NCBI GenBank assembly: GCA_030599585.1
Contig: JAUVNS010000005.1
Span: 279,121-343,120 of the forward strand
From: Promethearchaeota archaeon
Lineage (GTDB): Archaea; Asgardarchaeota; Lokiarchaeia; Sigyniarchaeales; SOKP01
Reading direction: 5' to 3'
Length of the DNA: 64,000 nt
Positions 31,478 through 40,443 of this stretch are shown one piece after another. Below the pieces are notes generated by a model. The model searched no databases and was not told the origin of the DNA. It worked only from the letters and a program-made list of their open reading frames with translations. Made by a program: the position numbers and the translations under genes. Position 1 is the first letter of the stretch. Each line of letters opens with the position of its first letter.

Positions 31478-31524
31478 ATTTTTTTCTCTCTTTTTTTGGA
31501 ATTGGTTTTAGATTAAAAAAAAAT

Positions 31525-31716
31525 TTATGTATTTCTTAAATGGTTGTAAACTTCTTGCATTACCTTATCGTAAAAAGCTGGTTTACATAGAACTTTGAGA
31601 AAGAAGAAATCTACCTTGCAATTCAGTTCTTTAAGCTCGTTGTCGCTTAAATCGTGAGTTTTTAGGTATTCGGCAAGAACTTCGTTTTGTTCTTTAAATT
31701 TTTGATCTTCGTTCAT
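31525..31716 (-). CDS. Small hypothetical protein
   Basis: ATGA overlap with upstream gene, preceded by GGAGGTGA. Confidence 0.6.
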   Translation of the reverse strand: MNEDQKFKEQNEVLAEYLKTHDLSDNELKELNCKVDFFFLKVLCKPAFYDKVMQEVYNHLRNT

Positions 31717-32639
31717 TTTAGTATATCACCTCCTTTTTTAGCGTCTTGGAAGTAGTGAGTAATGCTCTTGAAAGCTCGCTCGAACTCGTCTAACTCAAAA
31801 GAGTCCGTGATCTTACTTGCCCAACAATTGCTATAAGCGAAATTGTATTGAATGTTCTCGTCAAAAGATTTCATTAAAAGGTAGGCAGTAAGTTCCGCTA
31901 AAACTTCGTTCTTCGCGTAATCTTTGCGTATATCTCCCGCAATCTTAAGTAGCGAAACGGTTATATAATGCCCTAACTCGTGGAAAATCGTGTGTGAAGA
32001 TTGCTCGTATAGAGTTATCTGGTGGGTGAGAGGATCGTAACTTCCTTTTTTGTCTTGGTGTTTGAAGTCTTCGATTATTGAAATGGTTGGATATTTTTGC
32101 TTTACGTGGTCTAAGGCGATATTGTAGTCAATTTCGTGGTTTTTCATTATTTTTTCGTCGATTTCTTTTTGTTCTTTGAGGTAATTTTCTATCTCGCTAG
32201 TCTGCGATATGTCGAACACGTTTCCCGTCTTAAAATAGCTCAATATTTTATCTGCTTTTCCGTCTTCTGATTGAATAACCGTAATTTCTTCTGTTTTCTT
32301 AGTAAAAATCGGTACTATGACTTTATACGCTTTTGATCCTTTTAGAATCTGGATATCTTGTTTTTTCCAGTTAAGAAAGCTGTTAAGAACTCCAACCAGT
32401 TTTTTGTCTAGTCTTTTTTCTGCTTGAGCTAAGACTAAACATAGGTTGCGAATTGAGTAGGTGTGCATTTGTTTGTAGTTGGCAATAATTCCGATAAAAT
32501 CTTGAATGGTTTTCTTTTCGAGGAATTTTTTATAGAGGTCTTGAAGTTCGAGTTTTTCCGTCTCCTTTTTTTGTTTGTACTGTTCTTTTTGTTCAGGCGT
32601 AAAATTATTTTTATATTTTGGTTTTGATTGGCTTATCAT
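31713..32639 (-). CDS. ArdC-like ssDNA-binding antirestriction protein with C-terminal HExxH zincin-like domain
   Basis: YSIRNLCLVLAQ, SFLNWKK...ILKGSKAYKVIVP, FKTGNVFDISQT, HELGH...EVLAE. Confidence 0.8.
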   Translation of the reverse strand: MISQSKPKYKNNFTPEQKEQYKQKKETEKLELQDLYKKFLEKKTIQDFIGIIANYKQMHTYSIRNLCLVLAQAEKRLDKKLVGVLNSFLNWKKQDIQILKGSKAYKVIVPIFTKKTEEITVIQSEDGKADKILSYFKTGNVFDISQTSEIENYLKEQKEIDEKIMKNHEIDYNIALDHVKQKYPTISIIEDFKHQDKKGSYDPLTHQITLYEQSSHTIFHELGHYITVSLLKIAGDIRKDYAKNEVLAELTAYLLMKSFDENIQYNFAYSNCWASKITDSFELDEFERAFKSITHYFQDAKKGGDILK

Positions 32640-32818
32640 AAGTATAAGAAGTTTACAAAGCTATTTATTTGTGTAGGGTGTCAAGATTTACTGAATATTA
32701 AATTGTGAGTCTAAAATTAACAAATAATAGCAATATCAATTATCTTAGCGAAGCCTTTATTATCTTAGGTTAATCTTGTTTAATCATAGTAGTGGTGTAG
32801 AAAGAAAAAAAGGAAATT

Positions 32819-33034
32819 TTAGGATTCGACTTCTAAGGTGTGTTTATCGACGAATATAAACCCCTTTGCTCCTCTTGGAATGTACGCTGGTTTTTTCGTT
32901 TGTTGAACCCAGTCTTTAATAACTGATTGGTGAACTAACTGCCATCCCATAGAAAATAATTTGCTGTACAATTTGGATTTTAAGAACTTTTCTATAAGAG
33001 GGTTTAATTTTTTGTCTTCGGTCATTTTTATCAT
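32819..33034 (-). CDS. Small hypothetical protein
   Basis: Co-oriented, closely packed in operon. Confidence 0.5.
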   Translation of the reverse strand: MIKMTEDKKLNPLIEKFLKSKLYSKLFSMGWQLVHQSVIKDWVQQTKKPAYIPRGAKGFIFVDKHTLEVES

Positions 33035-33043
33035 CTCTTTGTT

Positions 33044-33640
33044 TTATGCTGTTTCCATTATCGAACTATTTTGGCTTTTACGAGGGTTGAGTAGTGCATT
33101 GAGTTCGATCATTGAAAGTGTTTGAGGGGTAGAAAACGTTACTGCTAAATTTTGGTTTGAGCTGTTTTTGGTGATTTGGGCTTGATAAACTGAGAATCCT
33201 AACTTATCAAGAGCAGAACAAAGAACGGAGTCATCATCAATAACCACTATTGATTTGTATCGTTTACTTGACTTTATCTCGTTAATTAGTTTTATTTTTC
33301 CGTTCCAATATTTAACCATAAAGGTTTCTTCATCTATATCTTTTGTTCCTTCGCCTTCATTAAAGAAACTCTCGTCGAATTGATATCCCTTCAGCTCTAA
33401 CAAGTGCGTGATAACGCCTTCTTGAGCTTCTATTCTTCCGGTGATTAAAATGCACTCGGAGTTTTCCGAAATTCTTTCGCGGGTTTGAAACATAAATTCG
33501 TTAAAAAAGGTGTACGCTTCTATCACGCGATTAATGGTTATATTGAATCCAAAATTATCTTTATCGTTGTAAAAAATCGTACCATCGAAATCAAGGATTA
33601 TTAGGTCTATTTTCTCTTGGTCTTGTTTATTAGCTATCAT
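33044..33640 (-). CDS. HAD-superfamily phosphatase (Swiss-Army-Knife RNA repair HAD-like)
   Basis: LDFDGTIF, LITGR, K, IDDD motifs. Confidence 0.75.
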   Translation of the reverse strand: MIANKQDQEKIDLIILDFDGTIFYNDKDNFGFNITINRVIEAYTFFNEFMFQTRERISENSECILITGRIEAQEGVITHLLELKGYQFDESFFNEGEGTKDIDEETFMVKYWNGKIKLINEIKSSKRYKSIVVIDDDSVLCSALDKLGFSVYQAQITKNSSNQNLAVTFSTPQTLSMIELNALLNPRKSQNSSIMETA

Positions 33641-33649
33641 TTTCTTAGG

Positions 33650-34057
33650 TTAGATATTGTAGGTTTCTATCATTTCGTAGTTTTCTTTAACTGCTTTAAT
33701 ATCTTCGATATAGCACTTATCAAAGTCGTTTAGGTCGAAATTAGACTCTATTACGTAGGTTTTCCAAAAGCTGTGCATCGTCTCAAAAGTAGCTTCTAAG
33801 GTCTTGGTCTCCTCGTTCAAGGGCGTGTCAAATTCTATTCCTAACGCGCTCACGAAGTAAAAAAAAGTTTTGTTGGCTTCGTTGTGCAGGGCTTGGTAGC
33901 ATTTCTTACAAACTATCCCGTTATATTTTGTTATTACTAATCTATGGAAGAAGTCGCTACAACTCCAACATTCGACTTTCTTGAAAAAATAATTTAGGTC
34001 TTTTCTGCTTACTTTACTTTTTTGGTCTATTTTTTGGTCTATTTTTAGGTCTGTCAT
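33650..34057 (-). CDS. Zn-finger hypothetical protein
   Basis: CWSC...CKKC. Confidence 0.55.
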   Translation of the reverse strand: MTDLKIDQKIDQKSKVSRKDLNYFFKKVECWSCSDFFHRLVITKYNGIVCKKCYQALHNEANKTFFYFVSALGIEFDTPLNEETKTLEATFETMHSFWKTYVIESNFDLNDFDKCYIEDIKAVKENYEMIETYNI

Positions 34058-34109
34058 TTTTATGGTTGGTCTTGGTTTATTTTTGGTATATAAAAATAAA
34101 AAAAATTAA

Positions 34110-35270
34110 TTAAAACTCTTCCTCGTCTTCTTCAAATTCTTCTTCTGCTATTCTTGGGGCGAGATAGAAGGTTAAAGTTGTCTTGTTTAACTTCTTAAAA
34201 GACATATTAACTTTGAGGGGCGTATCGGTCTTGATTGAGAAAGCTATTTTTTCTTTTAGCTCTAAAATTGAGCAAAAATTTTTTACAACTTTTAGAAAAG
34301 ATAACGAATACGATCCTTCACAATCTTTTTCTTCGAGTTTGTTAGTAAGAGTTAGTTTTTTGATTTTGTCTTGTTCTCGTTCAATTTCCAAAAGTAGTTC
34401 TTTCTCGTTGAAATTGAGGTCTACGAGGTCTTTCTTTTCGTATTCTATTTCAGAATTCCCTTGATTACTCGATTCCTTGAAGATTGTGCCTTGTAGGTTT
34501 ACATTTATCTCCACAATTTCTGAGTAATACCCCAAATTCTTTATTAAGTCTTCGTAGTCGTCTTTGGTCATTTCAAACGTGTAAGGGAATACGAGATTAT
34601 GTAAGGATCCAATAGAATTACCTTCCGGTTCGAAGTCTATGGTGAATAATGTTCTTTTAATAACCCTTTTTCTTTTAGGAGTGGTGAGGTTCATTTCAAG
34701 TAATTCTTCAGAAAAAATAAGTTGAACTTCCGAATTGTTGCTTGTGCATTTTAATTTGTTTTTAAAATCTTCAAGATTTATCCCTACCTTACCGGTTCTA
34801 TAACATTGATAAGTTTTGCTGCCAAAGATGATTTCCATAAGTCCGATTCTTGAGGGATCGGTTGTCACAATTATTACTCCCTCTTCGTTTAATTGGATTT
34901 GAATCTCGTCTACGAATGAGTTTAGTGCTTCTAAAAATTTGTATAGGTGGAACTGTGAAAAGGTTATTTGGGCGTACGCTTTCTTTATTACGATAAGTTC
35001 GAGGGTGGTCTTGAGATTCTTTAAGAAGTCTTTTTTCATTGAGTTGTTGTCGGTTTCTGGTAAAGGCGATTCTTCGAAAATTTGGTCTAATCTGTTGTCT
35101 AAGTCTTGTTTAAACTCTTTTTTGAAGGTATTATTTTCGGAGTAAATCTCGGCTTTGGTAAGTCCAATACAATGAGTTTCTAGAACGGTTAATGCTTTCC
35201 TAATCTCGTCGTAGCTATTGCCTTTTTCGGCTAACTCCCCCCAGTTGTATTTTGGTTTGGTTTCGGTCAT
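34110..35270 (-). CDS. pcn: PCNA sliding clamp with ~95-aa N-terminal extension
   Basis: FVDEIQIQLNEEG...DPSRIGLM, KVGINLEDF, SYSLSFLK, DTPLKV, FYLAPRI, acidic tail. Confidence 0.88.
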   Translation of the reverse strand: MTETKPKYNWGELAEKGNSYDEIRKALTVLETHCIGLTKAEIYSENNTFKKEFKQDLDNRLDQIFEESPLPETDNNSMKKDFLKNLKTTLELIVIKKAYAQITFSQFHLYKFLEALNSFVDEIQIQLNEEGVIIVTTDPSRIGLMEIIFGSKTYQCYRTGKVGINLEDFKNKLKCTSNNSEVQLIFSEELLEMNLTTPKRKRVIKRTLFTIDFEPEGNSIGSLHNLVFPYTFEMTKDDYEDLIKNLGYYSEIVEINVNLQGTIFKESSNQGNSEIEYEKKDLVDLNFNEKELLLEIEREQDKIKKLTLTNKLEEKDCEGSYSLSFLKVVKNFCSILELKEKIAFSIKTDTPLKVNMSFKKLNKTTLTFYLAPRIAEEEFEEDEEEF

Positions 35271-35436
35271 ATTAAATAGAAAGATGGTTCTAAATATAAA
35301 TAGTTGGGGGCGTAAGATTTCTCAATGTTTCCAAAAAGTAAAATTACATCAGGTATGAAGTTCAAATTAATCTTTTGGTTCTCGTTCGTTTTTTGTCTCC
35401 TGTAGTAAAAGTAAAAATGGTAGGGTAGTTAGCTGT

Positions 35437-36100
35437 ATTTTTTTCCAGTTTATTCTTCAAATTAATCCCTTTTTTCCAGCTTATTATTCAAATTTTTCCA
35501 GTTTATTTTTCAAAATGGAGATTTTTCTATAATTAATCGGATATTTTTTCAGAAATAAATTGGAAAATAGCAAAAATAGATTGGAATTTTTCAGAAATAA
35601 AATGGAAAAAGTATGGTTGAGCCGTTAAACGAGCAATCTCCAAAAAAAGATAACTTTTTTCCAATTTATTATTGCAAAAACGTAATTTTTTCCAACTTAT
35701 TACTGCTATTTTTCCAAATTATTATTGCTAGAAAATTGTTTAAACTGTTTTTGTGGTAGTTCTGGGGCGATTTTTTTCCAATTTATTATTGAAAATAACT
35801 TGTTCCTTGTAGTAAAATTTTTCCAGTTTTTTTTTCAAAATACAAATAGGAATTTTCCATAAATAACTGGAATTTTTCCATAATAGATTGGAATTTTTCC
35901 ATAAAAGACTGGAATTTTTTGGATAAAATTTTTAATCGAAATACTCGTTTTTATTGGTTTGTAATGCGCTAGCTTTTTTCTGCTAAATTTTGATAGTGAT
36001 TTTTTTCCAGTTTATTTTTCAAAATTTCCAGTTTATTATTCAAAAAAATGTAATTTTTTCCAGCTTATTTTGGAAAATTTTCCAGTTTATTTTGAAAAAT
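35437..36100. repeat. Field of ~20 phased TTCCA(G/A)(T/C)TTATT-like repeats in alternating-orientation blocks; putative origin or partition site
   Basis: Copies e.g. at 35443, 35474, 35496, 35659, 35690, 35712, 35776, 36005, 36026, 36058, 36080 (forward) and blocks near 35531-35608 and 35845-35915 (reverse); spacings 21-22 or 31-32 bp; no ORF. Confidence 0.85.
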
Positions 36101-36320
36101 TTGTGATCTGTCTAAGGAAAATAGAAGAATTAGAAGAGTCAGATTTTTCCGATAAAACCTTACTTTTTTAGAGTCTGTATTTGATCTTTATGCGAAGCCT
36201 CTGTTATCTTCTGTTAGACTCTTCTAAACAAAGTAGCATTTTGATACATTTGTTTGCAATTGTGAACAAAGTGGTGAGTTTGTAGTAGAAATTTTACCTT
36301 AAAAAATTAAAAAAAAGGGT

Positions 36321-36539
36321 TTATAGAAGAATTGGTTTTATTTGGTTGTAAGCTTTTTCTAAATCTTGAACTGTTAAGCCCGATAACGTGTTTGAGTCAA
36401 AGTCTTCTTCTTCTCCCAGTATGTCTTTGTACATTTCAAGTTGTCCTTCGATGTATAGTCGCATTATCTCTTTGGCTTTCTTTCTATCCATTTTTTTTTC
36501 TTCCAAATTAAAATTTTTACTTATCATTGTTATTTTCAT
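36321..36539 (-). CDS. Small hypothetical protein
   Basis: Co-oriented operon member; start may be the later MDRKK. Confidence 0.45.
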   Translation of the reverse strand: MKITMISKNFNLEEKKMDRKKAKEIMRLYIEGQLEMYKDILGEEEDFDSNTLSGLTVQDLEKAYNQIKPILL

Positions 36540-36726
36540 CTTTTTGGTTTATTTCAAATCTTTTGTATTTATTTAGTCCTTTTACTTTATATCCTATTTT
36601 AGAATCGTCCAAGTTCTTTTTTAGGTTTAAATCTAATCCGAATCTCGTTTGTTCCGATTCGCTTTCTTTCTTTGGGGCTATTTCTTTAAATTGTTTTAAA
36701 AATTCCTTTAACTCTTTTTTGTCCAT
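36517..36726 (-). CDS. Small hypothetical protein
   Basis: 7 bp after the MTase stop. Confidence 0.5.
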   Translation of the reverse strand: MDKKELKEFLKQFKEIAPKKESESEQTRFGLDLNLKKNLDDSKIGYKVKGLNKYKRFEINQKDENNNDK

Positions 36727-36733
36727 TAAGTAA

Positions 36734-37342
36734 TCACTTCTCTAAAGATTTTTTTGATGTTAAAATGTAAGCTCCTTTCGAATTTAGAGGGGTTATTTGA
36801 GCGTAATTAGAAAAAATATCAAAAATCTCTTTCTTGGTAAAAAAATGTTGAAAAGTAGGTCGAGTAGTAATGTATCCGTCTTGAAATCTGATCCAATTGT
36901 CCTTTGCTTCGTATTTATCTTGCCGAACTCCAATTAACACAATGCTTTCATCTCTTAGGAATTTTAATAAAGTTTGAATGACGGTCTCTCTGTCAATTTT
37001 GACTATAACATTTAACACGTAGTTGCATACTATCAAATCAAACGAATCGCGTAAAATTTGTTTGCTTGAGTTGTAGCCAAAATCTTTGTGAGGATCGTAG
37101 CCAATATAGAAAGGAAACTCTTCTTTTAAAGTATTTTCGTCTCGACCTTTACCACAACCGTAATCCAATACTATTCGAATCTTACTCTTTATTTCAGGAT
37201 TATCGTTTAACCACTTAAGAAAATCTTTAGTTGGGGAGGTTGTTCCGTTCGATTTGCCCAGAGCCGTCTTGTGATAATTTGATCGCAATAAATTGATAGT
37301 GTCGATCTCACTAAGCTTTTGAACTTGTTCTCGAACTTCCAT
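36734..37342 (-). CDS. Class I SAM-dependent methyltransferase resembling the DNA-phosphorothioation-associated MTase family
   Basis: VLDYGCGKGRD, GYDPH, CNYVLNVI, DGYITTRPTFQHFF. Confidence 0.8.
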   Translation of the reverse strand: MEVREQVQKLSEIDTINLLRSNYHKTALGKSNGTTSPTKDFLKWLNDNPEIKSKIRIVLDYGCGKGRDENTLKEEFPFYIGYDPHKDFGYNSSKQILRDSFDLIVCNYVLNVIVKIDRETVIQTLLKFLRDESIVLIGVRQDKYEAKDNWIRFQDGYITTRPTFQHFFTKKEIFDIFSNYAQITPLNSKGAYILTSKKSLEK

Positions 37343-37502
37343 AAAATATCAACTTATTTATATTTTGGTCGTTATTAAAAAAAAATAAAGATTTATTCGT
37401 CAATCCCTAATATTTTAAGGGCTTTTTAGTTATGTTTAATGCGTAAACTTGTCTATAAATAAAAATGGGGTGTTGTTAATTACTAAATCACTTACATAGT
37501 TT

Positions 37503-37823
37503 TTATCCTTCAAGTACTTTAACCATTGTTTCGTTAGTGGGTTTTTCTTGTATCCCTAAAAAATATAGAATGTAGTGCATTAATTCGTGATTAACGGTGG
37601 CAATCCATTTGTTTATGTCCAAGTCAGTCTTTCCACCCAGAAGCATAATAAGGTTGTTTTCAGGCTTTACAACTCCGTTGTATTTTTTAGGGGAATAACT
37701 GTAACCCGCAGAATCGAACTTAAATATTACAAACTCGTCGGTGTTGCGATCTTCTTCTTTTAATTCGTAAGGAATAATATCGATGTTTTCAATTTCTATT
37801 GCTTTCTCATTTTCTTCAGTCAA
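37503..37823 (-). CDS. Small HExxH zincin-like protein
   Basis: TVNHELMHYIL...NE. Confidence 0.55.
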   Translation of the reverse strand: MTEENEKAIEIENIDIIPYELKEEDRNTDEFVIFKFDSAGYSYSPKKYNGVVKPENNLIMLLGGKTDLDINKWIATVNHELMHYILYFLGIQEKPTNETMVKVLEG

Positions 37824-37837
37824 ATATGTTCACCTTG

Positions 37838-38794
37838 CTAGTATGTGCAAAATTTCTGGAATGGACAAATATCACACTTGGAATCTATCTTCTTACTGTT
37901 GCAAATTCCCATAATTCCCAACCTCGAAAGGTATAAATCTGCCCATAGCTTGTTTTGAGGGCTTATAAGTCTAAGGAAATCTGAATACCTTGTTACATCT
38001 GCCCATTTGCAACCATACTCTCGGTCAAATATCCCGACTCGCTTAAGAACCCGTTTTACCGTAACATCTACCGGTGGTAGTAAGTCGTTGTGAGGGATAA
38101 AAGTCCATAGGTGTAGGTCTGGATCGAGTCCAACAACCCATCGAAAAAAGAGTAAATATCGTTTAAAACACTTCTGAGATGTTAGTTTAGGAGTTCCGAA
38201 TATTCGAGGTTCACCGCGAAAACTCTCGACAAATTTTACAACGAACTCAACGAAATTTTTTGACTCCTGATAGAGTTTTTTTGCGTTCTTTTCAAAAGAT
38301 TGGTTCTCGTTTATAATTACTTTTAGCGTTTGTAAAATATATATGAGCTGGTATGTTTTTAAAATTCTGTGATGGCTCCAACCGATTTGATTCACCTTTT
38401 TTCCGTCTTTACTTACCCATTGCCACTTAAAATTTGTGAGAAGAATTTTTTTTGAATGAACGTCGCTATTAAGAAAAGCGATAAAATCTCCATCGTACAA
38501 AGTTATAATCGAATTGGCAATACCGTCTAACAAGGGGATCATAAACTTTTGGACTTTCACGGAAAAATTGATAATAGAGCAGAAAAAGGCCCATGCATCT
38601 CTACCGTTGTCTTCAGAAATTTTTTTAGTGCAGGATAGCACGCTGGTTTTTTCGGGGCTTATTCCTTGCGTTTTGGTGTGTTGCTCGACAAAAGAAACTA
38701 AATCGGTTCTTATAGTTATAAGTAGTTTTTCTAAGTTTTCCACGTTGGAAAATTTAGCCTTTACATCTTCAAGAGGTATTTCTTGCGAACTCAA
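37838..38794 (-). CDS. DUF2400/TIGR02757-like HhH DNA-glycosylase-fold protein with EndoIII-type Fe-S motif
   Basis: KRYLLFFRWVV...DLHLW.....LLPPVDVTVKRVLKRVG; C-terminal CNSKKIDSKCDICPFQKFC. Confidence 0.75.
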   Translation of the reverse strand: MSSQEIPLEDVKAKFSNVENLEKLLITIRTDLVSFVEQHTKTQGISPEKTSVLSCTKKISEDNGRDAWAFFCSIINFSVKVQKFMIPLLDGIANSIITLYDGDFIAFLNSDVHSKKILLTNFKWQWVSKDGKKVNQIGWSHHRILKTYQLIYILQTLKVIINENQSFEKNAKKLYQESKNFVEFVVKFVESFRGEPRIFGTPKLTSQKCFKRYLLFFRWVVGLDPDLHLWTFIPHNDLLPPVDVTVKRVLKRVGIFDREYGCKWADVTRYSDFLRLISPQNKLWADLYLSRLGIMGICNSKKIDSKCDICPFQKFCTY

Positions 38795-39639
38795 TAGACT
38801 TTTCCCTCCTTCATCGTTTTAATTGCGTCCATTGGATACATAGGCAAAAAACCTTCGAAATATTGGTTTTTAAGGGCGACTGGCATTTTCTCGCTTTGGA
38901 ATATGGGGTTTTTCTTGCTGGAATTAATCTTCTTGATTACGGTGATATACTCCCAGAACTTGCGATTAGTATATCTTCCCCTAGCCTTGATGTGTTTCTC
39001 TAGAGACACGGGTTTTAATTCGGGCTTGATTTTGTTGTTCTCCAAGTTTAAAACGACTTCTTTAAAGTTTTTAGCTGAAGTAGAATACCCTTTCACCCCA
39101 CCTTCTGGAATCTCGTAGATTAGCTTAAACGGTTTTCTTGCCCTTTCAAGTGCTTGTCTTAAGATAAAATAATGGTGAGTTCCTCCAATGTAGTAAATGT
39201 ATTTACGTTTATGTTGCTTTCTTTTCACGATATTGAGCCAATTGGCTAATCTAATGGTAAATTCTGTCTCGTCTTGGATGGTTAAATCTTCGGGTGGGAC
39301 GTTATAATCGGGGTGCTGTCCTTCTAAAGCGTATGGTACGATTGTAAGCGGTTCTGAAATTACTACTCGCTCAAAATCTTCGCATCGAGTAATTGCAGAT
39401 AAAAATTGGTGGGTCGTACTGTGAGAAAACATCTTCTTACCGTATTTAGCACGAGTTTTGTTTGCACTAGCACAAGGAAGGCACACTAAAGGTTTTTTCT
39501 TGTGTGGAAGCCAATTTACTGCGTAGTTATACCACAATGTGTTTGCGACGGTAAAAAAAGATTGGTTGAACCCTGGCATTTCGGGTTTTTTCTTTAAGTT
39601 GTGTTTTTTTGGTCCTGTGATTTTTGTTTGATGACTCAT
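38791..39639 (-). CDS. DUF5591-like (archaeosine synthase ArcS catalytic-domain-like) stand-alone protein
   Basis: LVCLPCAS...FSHSTTH and VVISEPLTIVPYALE..HPDYNVPP parallel ArcS LPCSxxKPYSxSxSH and SPLGxVPRELE..YP..Y. Confidence 0.7.
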   Translation of the reverse strand: MSHQTKITGPKKHNLKKKPEMPGFNQSFFTVANTLWYNYAVNWLPHKKKPLVCLPCASANKTRAKYGKKMFSHSTTHQFLSAITRCEDFERVVISEPLTIVPYALEGQHPDYNVPPEDLTIQDETEFTIRLANWLNIVKRKQHKRKYIYYIGGTHHYFILRQALERARKPFKLIYEIPEGGVKGYSTSAKNFKEVVLNLENNKIKPELKPVSLEKHIKARGRYTNRKFWEYITVIKKINSSKKNPIFQSEKMPVALKNQYFEGFLPMYPMDAIKTMKEGKVY

Positions 39640-39642
39640 AAT

Positions 39643-40260
39643 TTAAAATTCTCCCTCGCTGCTTGTTTTAATTTGGATAGGAATTTGTAATTGAGATGAT
39701 TGCGATTCAAAGTTCCAAATACACTTGTTTTTGTTCTGGTAATGACAAAAATAACATGTTCGGGGATAATTATCTTCACCTTTGGAATAAACGCACTCAG
39801 CAACTCGAAATTTAGACAAATCTTCTAAGGTTTGAGGTCTTGTTAGTTCGTTGAGCTTGGCTATAAGAGAATAGTAGCCAAATATCCCTTTTTTATCGAA
39901 TACTATCGAACATTTAGAATCTAGAATAGGCGAAATTACCTCTCGATACTTTTTCCCTAAGATAACTATAACCGTGTCGTAGGCTTTGTGTAGTTCCACG
40001 AGTCGATATAGACACTTTTCTTGCACTCGTTTGACGTCGGCTTTGGTACTGATTTTCATGTCGTAGGGATCGACCAGATCGTCCATAGTGAGCAAACCAT
40101 ACTTACCCGACAATATTCTTTGGTCAAATTCGTGCAGTTCTGAGAATTTCCTCACCATGCGAAAGAGTTGTCCGATATAAAATTCTCTGGCTGGGGCGGG
40201 GTGGGATAGCTTACTCTGAGAACAGCCATTGATTACCAAAACTTTGCGTAAACCCTCCAT
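39643..40260 (-). CDS. DUF6884-like (YaaA/TGT-associated fold) protein with Cys-rich tail
   Basis: GCSQSK...PAREFYIGQLF, ILSGKYGLL...VDPYD, LGKKY; CYFC...C tail. Confidence 0.75.
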   Translation of the reverse strand: MEGLRKVLVINGCSQSKLSHPAPAREFYIGQLFRMVRKFSELHEFDQRILSGKYGLLTMDDLVDPYDMKISTKADVKRVQEKCLYRLVELHKAYDTVIVILGKKYREVISPILDSKCSIVFDKKGIFGYYSLIAKLNELTRPQTLEDLSKFRVAECVYSKGEDNYPRTCYFCHYQNKNKCIWNFESQSSQLQIPIQIKTSSEGEF

Positions 40261-40443
40261 AATACATCTTAAACAGAAGATTTCGGTATTAAATACCGTC
40301 CGGTTGACAATTTTCTAATTTGTGGTAAAATTATAGAAAAAACTTTGAAAACAGAAAAATTTAAAATGGTATTTAAGCAAATTAAGGCTGAAATTGCACG
40401 GGTGGATAATAATAAAGAAAAGAAATTACGATAAAATTTTGGT

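Noticed and set aside
35437-36100. CRISPR array or decayed repeat-protein gene
   Set aside because: Repeats are short, degenerate, in both orientations, with no unique 30-40 nt spacers; frames contain stops; no cas genes
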